Source of the DNA: Lobosporangium transversale
Taxonomy: Eukaryota
Direction of reading: 5' to 3'
Assembly: GCF_002105155.1 (NCBI RefSeq)
Contig: NW_019028981.1
Location: 1,488,001 to 1,552,000 of the forward strand
DNA length: 64,000 nucleotides
The notes under the pieces are model-generated. The model was not told where the DNA came from. It searched no databases and saw only the letters and a program-made list of their open reading frames with translations. How positions within the stretch are numbered: the stretch's first letter is position 1; each line of letters opens with the position of its first letter. The translations under genes were made by a program, and so were the position numbers. Positions 51,323 through 64,000 of the stretch are shown piece by piece.

Positions 51323-52717
51323 ATGTTCCGGCTTTCCGCTCAGACTACCCGCAAGGCCGTCCAGCGCCTCGCTGTTCAGGTACATCAGCTTATTCTTATT
51401 CCTTCCCTTCCTTATAAACAACCTTCATGTCTACAATCCCAAGGAACGTGTCCGTTTTTGTAATGTTCAATGACCGGATCGAGACGCATCTGAATCCCCT
51501 CACAAAATGACTGGAAAATGGAACACAGTTCCAAAATGGATCTTGTATTCTTCTATGGATGTGCGTACATTCATACCATTTACCAACATTAACATTTCGC
51601 CTCCAATTCTTCTTTCTTCTTCTCGAATCCAGGCTCGCTACCAGTCTACTAGCTCTTCTGCCACTCCTTCTCTGGTATTCATTGAGTTTAAAGCACAATA
51701 TCAGATAATTTTAGATCGACATTACAGTGTGCTCGCTGTAGCTTTGGAAAGAGAAACGCCTAATTGAATGTCCTCTAATGGATTTTATCCTAGAATGCCA
51801 AGAACATGTCAATGGCTGCCGCCGGTCTCGCTACTGCTGGTGCTCTTGCTTATCTGTCGATGGAATCTGTCGATGCTAATATGCTTGCCGATGGTCTCCA
51901 TCCTCCGGCTTACCCTTGGGAGCACAAGAAGAACCTCGCTACATTTGATCATGCCGCGTAAGAGACAACAGTCATTTATCTGCTACCGCCCTATGATTAG
52001 AAACAGCATTCTTTTGAGATCCAGAGTGAATTATGCCCATAAACGCGGAAGTTCATGTTTTTCATATTGTCAATGGAGAAATATTAACTTCACCATTTGG
52101 GATAACCACTTTCTCAATCATAAACTGTGAAAGACATATAGAGCGGACATGAAATTTCTACATCAATCAACTTTTCTATTACGTGGGATCTTTACAAAGC
52201 TGGAAAAAGACGTGAATCAACACTTACCCTTAGAGGGATTACATAACAATGTACATCATCAGGCTCGATTACTGATGTTACTATGTTTTACTATATTATT
52301 ACGACCATTAGTATCCGCCGTGGTTATCAAGTCTATAAGGAGGTTTGCGCTGCCTGCCACTCTCTTGACCGTATTGCCTGGCGCAACTTGGTCGGTGTCT
52401 CTCACACTGAGGCCGAGGTCAAGGCCATGGCTGAGGAGAATGAATATACTGATGGGCCCAATGATGTTGGAGACATGTTTCAACGTCCCGGAAAACTTTC
52501 AGATTACATGCCTCGCCCCTATGCCAACGAAGAGCAGGCTCGTGCTGGCAACGCCGGCGCTCTTCCTCCAGATCTTTCATTGATGATCAAGGCCCGCCAT
52601 GGTGGTGCCGTAAGTGTGCAGTCTTTTTTTTTTTTTTTTTTTTTTTTTTTCGTAAATCAACAAGCAAAGCTTCCTCATGCTACTTGAAGGAAAATCGTGC
52701 ATCTATTTATACGCTTC

Positions 52718-52748
<31 letters not shown>

Positions 52749-53233
52749 AATAGGATTACGTGTTCTCCCTTTTGACTGGATATCAGGACCCCCCAGCAGG
52801 TATTGAGATTCGTGAAGGTTTGAACTTCAACCCTTACTTCCCTGGAGGAGCCATTGGTATGGCTCGCGTTTTGTACGATGGTTTGGTCGAATATGAGGAC
52901 GGAACTCCTGCCACCACCTCACAGATGGCCAAAGATGTTACAGTCTTTCTCAGTTGGGCTGCTGAGCCTGAGATGGATGAGCGCAAGAAGATGGGTATGA
53001 AAGCTTTGACCTTATTGACCATTTTGACTGGTCTCTCCATTTATTTGAAGAGGCACAAGTGGGCTGCTCTCAAGACTCGCAAGATTCTTTACAAGTAAGA
53101 ACCTGAATTCACTTCACTTTTATTCTTTTGTATATATATTGAAGCAGAATGAAGGATGATGCTTTGAACATAATGTTGATATTTTGTCTGTTTTCATTTC
53201 TCAAATAGCCCACCCACGCCCAGGAAGCACTAA
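51323..53233 (+). CDS. CYT1: Mitochondrial cytochrome c1, multi-exon
   Basis: [29 protein letters not shown] (CxxCH), [24 protein letters not shown] and [11 protein letters not shown]; last exon NPPTPRKH stop. Confidence 0.96.
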
Positions 53234-53685
53234 AGACAAGGGATAGTGTCTGTGTGAACAAATAGTTTTCAATAAGTTTGTACCAGAAGATAGAAAGCAT
53301 TAAAGATATTTATAACCATTTTTTTTTTTTTTTTTATTTAATGCCTACGATTTTAATGCTTGTCAAAGTAGCCCTAAAGTATAACTGCAGCACACCAATT
53401 TCATGGGTATGTTTTTTTTTATTCTCTTGCAATTATCAAGGATGTCGCCCGCACTACACGTTTATCAAAGAAAAAAAAGAGCTCAAACGCTCCATTTAAC
53501 GCGTTTTTGGACTGAGCAAGGTCGTATAAAAAAAAAAAAAAAAAAGTGTGACGTTCAGAAATTCCGGACGTTTATTTAATAACATGTTCAATATCACGGG
53601 ATCAGATCTTTGTTAGAATCAAGGAGGAAACAAGATCATCTTAATTTTGTTCTGTTATTTGAAAGAATAAAGGCAACTCTCCATC

Positions 53686-54383
53686 ATGTCCACATTAGCA
53701 ACATTGCAGAAGAAACTTGAGACTGACTCGACTGCATACCAGACATTGCAAAAAGGTATATAATAGCGAAAAACATTGTAACCGCAACAACAACAGTAAC
53801 AGCAACAGTACACCACGTGAAGGGGAAAAAGCAAGAAAGAATAGGATTTTTCATGGATCAAATACAGAAATTTGATAATGAACCAGTGTTCATCATTCAT
53901 GAATACAGGAGGATAAGAGGGATAAGAGCAGGAGAAGAGGAGGTTTTTTTTTCTTTAAGATAGGAGAGAAGACATTAGGACGCGCTTTTTTTTTTTTTTT
54001 TTTTTTTATGGAAAAGGGAATGTCTGCGCTCCTAATGGTGTTTTTTTTTTTAATTGTATTTTTATTGTTATTTCCCAAGTGATAAAATAGACATTTTATT
54101 ATATTTTATTTTAATTATTTTATTTTTTTGTCTATTCATTAAATTCATAAAGATTACACCAAGGCAGTCGAGTCAAGGCAGAAATTGGATTCTCAGCTAC
54201 AGGAGAACAAGCTTGTGCAGGATGAGTTCAAGGTTCTGAAGGATGATGCCAACATCTATAAATTAATTGGTCCTGTACTTGTTAAGCAGGATAAGGCTGA
54301 AGCTGTCACGAATGTTGATAAGCGTATTGAATTTATCAAGGCTGAAATGTAAGAAGCTTCCCTTTTCATCATTTTCCTTTCCA

Positions 54384-54425
<42 letters not shown>

Positions 54426-54867
54426 CCTTCTTAGTAATGACAGCAACAAAAAATTTGACCCGATCACCTCTTGCACGTGCTATTATCTCAACATTAGTTC
54501 TTTATCATATCTTTTTATTATTATTATTATTATTATTTTGATCAGTTGGAAATAACAAGATAAGAGAGGAAAAAAAAAAAAAAAAAAAAAAAATTGCAGA
54601 GGATGGGATGATCAACACTTCCTTTTTTTTTTTCTTTTTTCCGTCCGCACTCCGCGGCATAATGCATTGATTGCATTGTAACAACGTCTTACGTTGTTTG
54701 TATATTGATGCAAATATTTTTTTTTTATTTTATTTTTTTTCCTGCGTAGTGATCGTGTTGAGAAGCAGCTAAAGGATCTCCAAGAGAAGACTGAAAAGAA
54801 AAGGGTCGAGCTTGTTCAAACGCAGACAGCATTGCAGCAGCTTGCGGCCCAACAACAAAAGAAATAA
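53686..54867 (+). CDS. PFDN6: Prefoldin subunit 6, 3 exons
   Basis: RQKLDSQLQENKLVQDEF and IYKLIGPVLVKQDKAEAVTNVDKRIEFI. Confidence 0.93.
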
Positions 54868-54909
54868 TAATAGTAATATTATATAATAATTCTAACAAAT
54901 AAAAATATG

Positions 54910-54949
<40 letters not shown>

Positions 54950-55508
54950 TTCTTTATTATTGTTTGACTGGATATGAGCGGCGAATGGACAAACAGTGTT
55001 GGATTATGTCGAGTAATTTCATGCATGCAACATTGAAAAAAAAAAAAAAAAAAAAAGGGCGCACAATTGTTTCCCTTGAACAAAACAAGGCTCACGCTTT
55101 TTTTCAACCCACTATCACCCTCAAGCTAATCAATGCTAAATCTCTAGCATGAATAATGCATAATCATGTACCACATGGATTTGATCCTATCATATTTGCG
55201 GAAAAATCATAGATGGTGTAGTTGCATTCCATCTGAATAACCTTTGGCCTCTTTTTTTTTATACAAAGAGCAATATGGCTCGTGCTTTACGTATCTTTAT
55301 AACGCTATTGTTAACCCTAACCCTTGGGTCTAAGATAAGAGCCCATCCACTTTTTTTTTTAAAAAAAAAAAAAATTAAAAAAACTGTAATGTGAACGATA
55401 TGAATAATGAGGAGAAAAAAAGAGAGATGTGTTTATGAATGTGCAGAATGTATAAGTTTCAAGAAAATGTGTCAAGGTAAAGGAACTAATACTAGCTATA
55501 CTATGTGA

Positions 55509-55539
<31 letters not shown>

Positions 55540-55544
<5 letters not shown>

Positions 55545-57868
55545 CGGACTTGCCCAGCTTGGAGGCAGCCTTGGAGACCTCGTTCAGACGAGCAAAGACC
55601 TCGGCAGTACCATCGATCATACCAGTGATATGGTACCTGACGCCATACTTTTTGCAGAGTGCTTCAACTGCGGGCTGGATCTTGGAGAAGCTATGGCGAG
55701 GCATTGAGGGGAACAAATGATGCTCGATTTGGTAGTTCAATCCTCCAGTGAACCAGTTCGAGAAGAGATTAGGGCGAACATCGCGTCCGGTGATGATCTG
55801 CTTGGTGAAAAAGTCCATGTCAACAGCCTCCTCCTTCGAGATGACGGGCATGCCGTTGTGGTTAAGCGAGAAGACCAATGCCAGGAGATTACCACACACT
55901 GCCTGGGACACCAAGAAATAGGTGATCATGCCAACGGGATCCTTAATGAACAAGAACATGGTGGCCAAGTACCAGGTCCAGTGCATAGCCAAGGAGAGCT
56001 GCTCGAGCAACGAAATAGGAACACGCGCACCAGAAGGCTTGTGGGCCTGACCATTAGGCAACACAAACAGGATCGACTGGAGGCACCAAGAGAGACGAGC
56101 AAAGGAGAGGATAGGGAAATAGAACCAGGTCTGGTTCAAAACCATGAAGCGACTCCACATACGAGTCAATTCTTCATCCGGAACGTCTGAGAACATTTCG
56201 AGAGCGTGCTCACTCCAAGTCAACAGAGGGTGAGTGTCAATATCGGGATCTTCGCCGTGAACATTGGGTGCTGCATGGTGAGTGTTGTGCTTGTCCTTCC
56301 ACCATGAGGACGAAAAACCTTGGCAGACACCGCCCAAGAAGGCTCCAAACATATCTCCCCAGAAACGGTCCTGGAATACCTGGTGGTGCAAAAAGTCATG
56401 AGCAAGCCAGCCGCACTGCTGCCAGAACACACCGAGAATAGCAGCCGAGGCTATGATGGCAAGGATCGAAGTTTGGCCCCATTTGGCAACAATAAATGTC
56501 GAAAGAGCCCAGAGTGAGAGATTGAACGAGACCTTGAAGGCATAGTAGGCTTTGGAAGAATCGTAGTAACCCAGGGATTGGAACAGAGCACGAAGCTTGC
56601 GAACCTCAGCCGCAAAGTCATCGTTCTTGATCGCACGGTCTGATTCATCAATGTCTCCGACATAGAAGTTGGCGAGTGTTTCCCAGGCTGATTCGGGATG
56701 GAAAGTCTCGAAGACATCTAGACACGGGAAACATGGTCAAAAGAGGTTTGAAAGTAGCTTATCAGTTTTTTTTGAATAGACTTTAAGATAGGAAGCAGTT
56801 GGTATGCATTGTTTGAGTAAGGTCGAATAGGACAAAAGGAAAAGACGCCAAAAGATATAAAAATTAAAGTTCACTGTTGCCGAAGGAAGGAAAGCATATT
56901 TAGTCTCATGAGTTCCCCAGGAGAAGCACCCATTGGACATTCTCTTTACTTCCAGAAGCACAGGAATTCGCGCGTGTGTGCGTGAATGTGAATGCTGTAT
57001 ATTTGGTGCGGTAAAATCGACGAGCCTTTTTTTTTATTTGTCAATATGCATCTGCAGAAAGAAGCATACGCCACATTTCCCCTTGCTTTGCTGTGTTAAC
57101 AAACACAATCATTGGAATGATAGTCCCCCCCAACACGTTACTAATGCTGATGAAATAAGCACACACCCACGAAGAAAAAAAAAAAAAAAAAAAAAAAGCC
57201 AACGAACTCCGAGGAATTGGGGGAAGGAAACTGTGTCTTAAGATAGACAAGTGGACTTTGCGCTCCCTCACAGACCTCTCTGACTCAGCATAATTACATT
57301 GATATCATCTTCTGTTAATGTACAAAGTCCATTGGGTAAAAAAATAAAAAATAAAAATAAAAAATAGAATTAAGCCTCTCGCCTCGGAGATCCAGTCCAA
57401 AGCTCTCGTTCTTGATATTGACTTTGTGAGGATATGTGCTGAATAAATGAATATAATGAAGAATAGTTGGTAGTCTATTGTGTCAAAGGGTCTGAAGGGA
57501 TTACATACCAGTGCCGTCCTTTCCGACGTGAGTGAGGATGACACTTCCACCAGGATGATCAGGAACGAATTCACGAACATCATAGACCTTGTTGTCGATG
57601 ATCATGAGGAATGGAGCATCAGCATCATTCTTGCCCTCAGCTAATGCATCAGCATTGAGAATCTCGGCCCGAGTAAAAGTTTTGACGTCTATTACACAAA
57701 AAAAGGGGTAAACAGGGGAATTCACGGACAAAGACAAGGACAGACAATTGGGATGGAGAGACAAAATCCAACGAACGGATATTATTAGTGTGTGAAGCAA
57801 GATATCTGATCAACGGAAATCTTTTAACAAACTAAAAAACATCTCTTTGTATTACTTGGAGAGGCCAT
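55540..57868 (-). CDS. Front-end delta-6 fatty acid desaturase with cytochrome b5 domain, 3 exons
   Basis: HPGG heme motif; His boxes HDFLH, HNTHH and QIEHH. 13-nt first exon, then exons at about 57688-57508 and about 56717-55540. Closely resembles the M. alpina delta-6 desaturase as recalled. Confidence 0.95.
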
Positions 57869-59273
57869 TTGAGAGAAGGAAAGAAGACGGAGAGGAGGGA
57901 GGAATAAGGGGAGATGGATGTTGAAGAAGAGAAGAAGTAAAAAAAAAAAAAGAGAGAGAGAGAGAGGGGAAAAAGAAGAAGAGCAAAAGAGGGCAAAAAA
58001 ATGGATGGGTGGAGAAGATAGGGTACATGTATAAATGTTAAATCCATGTAGACAATACACAAATGGTGTTTTTTTTTTTTTTTACTTTTTAAAGCGTGTT
58101 TATCATCATTGGATTGAGAAGATTAAGCGCATGTCTGCCCACTCCACTCTATAAAATGGAACTCAGTTCGAGTTAAAAGTCTTTGCGTTGACTTTTATAC
58201 TTTTTCACACTAATCCTGCGACACTAATACACTAACTACCCTCTCTCTCTCTCTCTCTTTCGCTCTTTTCTCTTCTCTCTCGACCTCTTATACAAAACCA
58301 AGAATGGAGAATTATATAAATGATTAGGATTGGTATACATGTATAATCTCAGAAGCATTACAGGACCTTTGTGTACATGTACATGTATATTTATAAATGT
58401 TTATAACAAAAACGTACAACCCTGCCCTGTCATTTGTACCTGTGTAGATCATGATCAATGATCCAATCAAATCCCAACAGGTCCCATCACACGTTACATC
58501 CAATAAAATCGTGCTCTTTCTGCTCTGTCTGCTGTGTGGGACTAAATTATACAGTTTGTACATGAACTTGGACAGTTGTATACATGTTTTGTAAAGATTT
58601 CTTCGTGTGTCGTTTTTTCTACCCTGAGTGCATGTGAGCCACTTCCCAAGAAAAGTCCCATATGAAGTTACTTACTCGGTACATGGACAAGAGCACATGC
58701 TACACGAATGTTCAGAAAACACGACACATGCGAACCTATGCCTACATGATACAGGTTCTTTTTGCTCACGTCAATACAGAACATTTATACACGCGTAAAC
58801 AAACTAAATGGATATGGGAGTTTTTTTTTCTCTTTAAAGCGTTTATTATTTTTTTTTTAACTTTTTTCTTCGCGGAGTCATTTATGAGAATAGTTGAATC
58901 AACATAGTAGTGGGATGGTAGTGAATTTGAGAAAATAAAAAATAAAAAACAATATCTGTACAATACATTATGAAGAAGACATGAAAAAATAAAAAAAGAT
59001 TTGAATGAGATATATCTATGAGGTCAATAAAAAAAAAAAAAAAAAAAAAAAAGACGCTGGCCAATGTGGGATTGCGAGAAAACGAATGAGCAAAAGATAA
59101 AACAAATGAAATAATAAACGGTATACATAATAAAGCGAAAGGAATGAAAATGGCAAGGTTCTTGAAAAGTAAAAATAATGTTTTTTTTTTTTTTTTTTCT
59201 TCTTTTTCCTTTTCTTTTTTTCTTTTTTCTTTTTTTTTCCTCCATGAAAGTAAAAGAGGCAAAACATGATTGA

Positions 59274-60965
59274 TCAGATTTCCTGTGGCTTCTTCTCATC
59301 CATGTTCACCACAAACGATCGTGTCCTCCGTGGCCGATGCTCCTCTCTGTCCTGAATTGGTCTTCCTTTCGTTCTAAAATGACTCTCCTTTTCCTTCTTC
59401 CCAAGTAACATCCTAGCCTCTCCTGCATCTTCATCCTCATCCTCCTCTTCTTCTTCGCCAGGGTACCCATTCAGTCCACTGTAATCATGGGCAAAAAAGG
59501 GTAGAGAGACAAGAAGAGAGAGAGAGAAAGAGATTTTGGAAACTAATCAGCAAAACGTGGTTTTCTCGTCTATGTCTGGTATTTGAGTGGTGGCGGAATG
59601 CTCTGCCTCCTAATAAACATAATAAAGCGCCGCAAACACGGGTGGGAGAAACAGAGCAAAAATTGTGGTTTGTAAACAGAGTTGTCACCGCCATTAAAGC
59701 CAGGAATATGAGCGTAGAATCAACAATGACCACATGAATGTAGCTTGCTCAGCACAGTCAAAATAATGACTCCAAGGAAGGGAATAAAAATAGAAAATAT
59801 AATAAAATATAATAAAATAAAATAAAAATGAAAACTTACTTTTTTATCGGGCGAATGAATCCAGGAATGGGAGAGTCAGGACGACCATAGAGATAGGTGG
59901 AGAGAATAACAACCACTGTTCCGATCTGGAATTGGAGTGATGGTTCAAAATCGAAAAAGTAGACCGAGATAATTCCAGAAATGATGATGGAAAGAGATGT
60001 GGCAAACCCCTTGAGAATATTGTCAGCATATTTGACGACAATGGCAACTAAAAGTCCTCCCAAGGCTTGGTTTGCAACTACAACCCATGTCATAAGTGAA
60101 TACCCTTGAAGAAGACCCCCCTCATAAATCTTTTGGCGATCGTAAAACATGGCGAGGAAGCTGAAGAGCGCTCCTGAAATGCCCAATTGAATATTTCGAA
60201 CCCACATATCGGCCTCTGCGCCTTTGAGGATCTTTTCAAAGTAACATCCTGCGAATCCAGAAGAGACACAAGATGTGAGCACGGCCAACAGTCCAATGAA
60301 GGGGTTCTGGACAGGACCAGTCTCTTCTTCAGCCCCATTGAGTTGGTTAGTTGCCTCGGCAATACTCTCACTCACAGCTGCATCAAGTATTTCATCTTCC
60401 GCCACAAGCTCATCCTTGGTATCCACAGTCACAACACTAGATCGAGCAGAACCCACGTTCTGTAATTGAACCAATGTGACTCCGACCATAAGCAGACAAA
60501 GTGCAAACCATTTTTGACTTGTCAATCTCCGGTTCAACATCAAGACTGAAAACACAGCTGTGGAAAGAATCTTCATTTGGTAGGTAACTTGGAAGGTTGC
60601 AGCCTCAAGGTTGGAAAGAGCGACGTAAAGCAAGTTGTTTTGGAGAGCATACAGACCCGATGGGACAAGCATTTTCAGAATTTCTCGTGGTTGCTCCAGG
60701 ATGTCCTTACGAATGATATACATAGCCCGAGATACGGACTTTGCATTATAAGCCAATACAACAACACAGGCTATGAGCTTAATGATCTCTGCGAAAAAAA
60801 CAGCCGTTGAGGCAAGATACATAGGTTGATCGGGATCCACATTGACTCGAGAGTAACGCATCATCAGGACCAGAGTACTGTTCTGAAGCAAGAGGACCAC
60901 AAGGGATAAATGCTTCATTGAAACACCCATGAAAGTTACACCATCATCTGTTAATAGAAGAGAGG

Positions 60966-60997
<32 letters not shown>

Positions 60998-61539
60998 AGA
61001 GGATAGTGCTCAAGCCTCAAAGGTGGTTCAACAAAAATAAAAGTGCTCGAGTGGAGCCATTTTTAGTTCCGGTCTCCTCCTTTTCCTTTCCATATTCTGG
61101 AGCCACAATGCGCACATAACGTGCCAGAGGACGGTCCAAGACACTCTTTTAGGGGTGGAAAAAGTTGTATACCATCAATGGTCTATTAGCATTGCCTCCT
61201 GTTCTTCCAAGCTGCATGGTCCTGTAACTGATTCAGTTTTGATCTCTTTTCTTCAATGGAAGCCACTAGGGATAGATGAACCAGATCAATGCGACAACAA
61301 ATACAAGAACTCCGTGCCAATATAAACTGATCTAATCACTTTGTCGCATCACCACTCAGATCCACTGCCCACTACTTCCTAATAGGAGCCGTTATCGAAT
61401 TTCACCGGGTTTCCAGAGAGACTGGTCTATAAGCAAGCCTAGGACTAAATGAAGGGGAGAGAAAGAGAAACTTACAGCGCCCACGTCCTTGCTGATGATG
61501 TATTGTTGGGAGCGAACCCAAGTGCTTTTCTGAGCTCAT
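59274..61539 (-). CDS. Nucleotide-sugar (UDP-galactose-type, SLC35A/Gms1-like) transporter, 3 exons predicted
   Basis: VPSGLYALQNNL, ATFQVTYQMKILSTA, SGFAGCYFEKILK and VVKYADNILKGFATS. In-frame exons 61539-61476, 60947-59840 and 59478-59274; terminal exons less certain. Confidence 0.88.
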
Positions 61540-63084
61540 ATCAAACGTCTATAGATCTATCCTTGTTCTTTTTGTCCTGGCTTGTGGCAACCTTTTCAGG
61601 ATGAAGGAACTGAAATGAAACTTGTCCTTGGGTGAATTGATGAAACAAGATGTAGAGTAAAAAGACTTGGTGTGACAAAGATTATGTGCAAAAAAAATAA
61701 AGTATAACAAGATGAAAAAAAGTGCAAACTGATCAAGTGAGATGAAGGAAAACAATAAAAAAGGATGAATGCTGAATTGCTACAAAGTAGAAGTTGGTAG
61801 AGACAGATGGGAAAGGAGAAGGAAGGAGGTGAAAGAGAGAGTTAAAGAAAGAAAGAAGAAAAGAAAATGTTGAGAGCAAACTGACTGGGAGTTTTTTTTC
61901 TTTTTTTTTAGTCTGCTTTTTTATCTCCTCTCTCTTCATCAATTTTGTCCTTTTCATCAGGTTGAACAACTTGAACGCTCTATTGTAATAATGTAGTCTT
62001 ATTATTGACGCTTCTGCTTCTGTCCTTGCTGTTGCTCTTGCTCTTGCTCTTCTCCAGTAGTCTAACAATTTATCCACAGATTCTGTTCCATGCAACTGCT
62101 GAAACGTGCTCTCTGTCTGGATCTTCATCCAACAGCAGCATGGCTCCCTCATCCACCTTTCTTTCAATCATTCCTTTCTTTTTTCCTTTACTCCCTTCAT
62201 CTTTTTATTTGATCTTCATCATGTATATTAGATATATGTCATTTATGTTTATATACATTTCCGCGGGTTCCTTTTCTTCGTCTTTCCAGACAGAACCATG
62301 TACTAAACTACGTGCAATGCCTCCCAGTCCCGGTGTCTAGATGTTATAGGTAAACATGTACAACGAACAGGTACTATGTTACTGTGCTACACCAGACTAA
62401 CACTGTACAACCCTGTGTTGGTGACGAATCAGAGCACGACAATCGAACCCAGCTCTTTTGCTCTAGATGATTCAAAACCAACTCTCTCCTTCTTTTGTCT
62501 GGCGATCTATCCAAAAGTTCTGGATGAAGTCATTCTACCGAGAAAACCACCTAAAGTACAGTAGAGGAGAGTTGCGTCCTGAATGTAAAGTGTTGTAAAC
62601 AAGAGTCCTTTGATGCCGTTCAGGTATAAATCCTTACTCATTCCATCCCCATCGGAATAGGAAAAAGGGTATATGGTTTAAACTTTATGGCTAACATCTG
62701 GCCCAATGACAGGGCTTAAATAAACAAAGCCAATCCAATCTCAACACTATGGACAGTAAAAAAAAAAAAAAAAAAAAAAAAGGGGGAATGTAATCGACCT
62801 CGTCTTCAAGGAGAGTGAAAGGGCGAAAGACAAGAGCACATTAATGGATTTATGCATCATGCCCTTTTCTTTTCTCTTCTCTCTCTTTTTTTTTTATTAC
62901 CCATCTTACAGATCATCACTAAGCTGGGTACTCTAAAAGAATCATGTTTGTAGAAAGATCTATTGTATACATATATCTTTATGAAAGTACATGATCCTTG
63001 CGTTGTACATGTGCATCCATGTGCATGCACCATTTTCAATGTGAAAAAGAAAAAAAGGAACTGATCAAAATGAAAGAAGAGCTT

Positions 63085-63117
<33 letters not shown>

Positions 63118-63526
63118 AAGCAAGCACATGAGAAAAATTGTTAATTGAAAGTATAAAGGGTGCAGATCAACAGACAGAAAGATTTTTTTATACACATAAA
63201 TTGTTGTGCACGAATTGACTCCACACGTAAAATAATGGAAACAAATAAATACACACTTATCAGTCATTCCCTGATTTCAATTGTTGGGCATAAGAGGTTA
63301 CCAAATATGGTGCCATGGGTGTATTCAGTTCAGAGAGATTACCAACAGTTGCTGATATTGAGGACCAGCACTCACCATGATCCAGCAACAGGAAATATTA
63401 ATCTGACATATGAAAGAAGTGGGTTCAATCATCCAATCACAAATCAATGGTAAATACTCGGATGGACAGTCTTAATTTATTCACTCTTTTTTCTGGTCTC
63501 ATTAAACGTCTCATTACCACCTTGAG

Positions 63527-64000
63527 ATGATTCCCAAGAAACTTCCACCACTCCCACCCATTCGTGATCTAATCCGTGTCTATGGTCTCTCTGCGAATCA
63601 AAAGTTTTCTCAGAACTTTATTCTCGATAAGAATGTAACAGGTCTGTCTCGTTGAGCTGATTGTGTTTTGACGAGAAAGGATCCGATCTGCAACTAACAT
63701 ACTGCTCCTTTTTATTTTATAATACATTTTTTGTATAAATCAGATACCATTGCACGCCATGCCAAAATATCAGTGGATGATAACCTTGTAGTAGAAGTTG
63801 GTCCAGGTAAAAACTTTTTCTTTTTTTTTTATTTTTATTATTTCTTTTTTTATTTTTTTTATTATTGTTTCTTTCTTTTTGAAATTAACACTTGGAATGA
63901 AATTATTAACACGTATATTGGTAACGATCAGGTCCTGGTCTTTTGACCCGATCAATTCTAGATGCTGGTGCACAACGCGTTGTAGTTGTAGAAAAAGACC
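63527..64000 (+). CDS. TFB1M: Mitochondrial rRNA dimethyladenosine transferase / transcription factor B1-like (KsgA/Dim1 family), runs off the window
   Basis: KLPPLPPIRDLIRVYGLSANQKFSQNFILD and VVEVGPG/PGLLTRSILDAGAQRVVVVEKD. Confidence 0.85.

Noticed and set aside
15964..54867. Prefoldin 4 and prefoldin 6 in one window as a functional cluster
   Set aside because: They are about 37 kb apart with unrelated genes between; likely coincidence.
55312..55324. TAACCCTAACCC telomere-like motif
   Set aside because: Only two units; compatible with chance.
63255..63450. Possible box C/D snoRNA on the minus strand (GATGA...CTGA)
   Set aside because: Box C is imperfect, and I could not confirm an rRNA-complementary guide or terminal stem.

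Overview
Eukaryotic, intron-containing fungal DNA, most likely Mortierellaceae: the delta-6 desaturase is close to the Mortierella alpina enzyme as I recall it, and introns carry long poly-A/T runs. Both flanks (about 1.5-19.4 kb and 39-64 kb) hold ordinary genes: S8 subtilisin, RNase H2 subunit C, AP-2 mu, derlin, prefoldins 4 and 6, a C2 protein, an RBM26-like protein, Vps68, cytochrome c1, delta-6 desaturase, a UDP-galactose transporter, a TFB1M-like methyltransferase and two large paralogous lineage-specific proteins. The centre (about 22-38.7 kb) is an accessory island rich in Fanzor/TnpB-type sequences. It contains (i) a spliced gene at 34866-31402 (-) that reconstructs to about 1078 aa and fuses an N-terminal FEN1/XPG-like PIN 5'-nuclease to a C-terminal Fanzor-type RuvC with a Zn finger, now carrying a 28-nt deletion and a nonsense codon; (ii) two apparently identical 3170-bp inverted copies of a related 5'-truncated Fanzor element; (iii) two further decayed fragments; and (iv) a pair of 10-Cys secreted defensin-like genes. 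All four Fanzor-type 3' non-coding regions carry a GT-AG intron, and in one family a predicted RNA stem pairs across it, suggesting a spliced omega-RNA. No transposase was recognised. All family assignments come from motif reading, not database searches.
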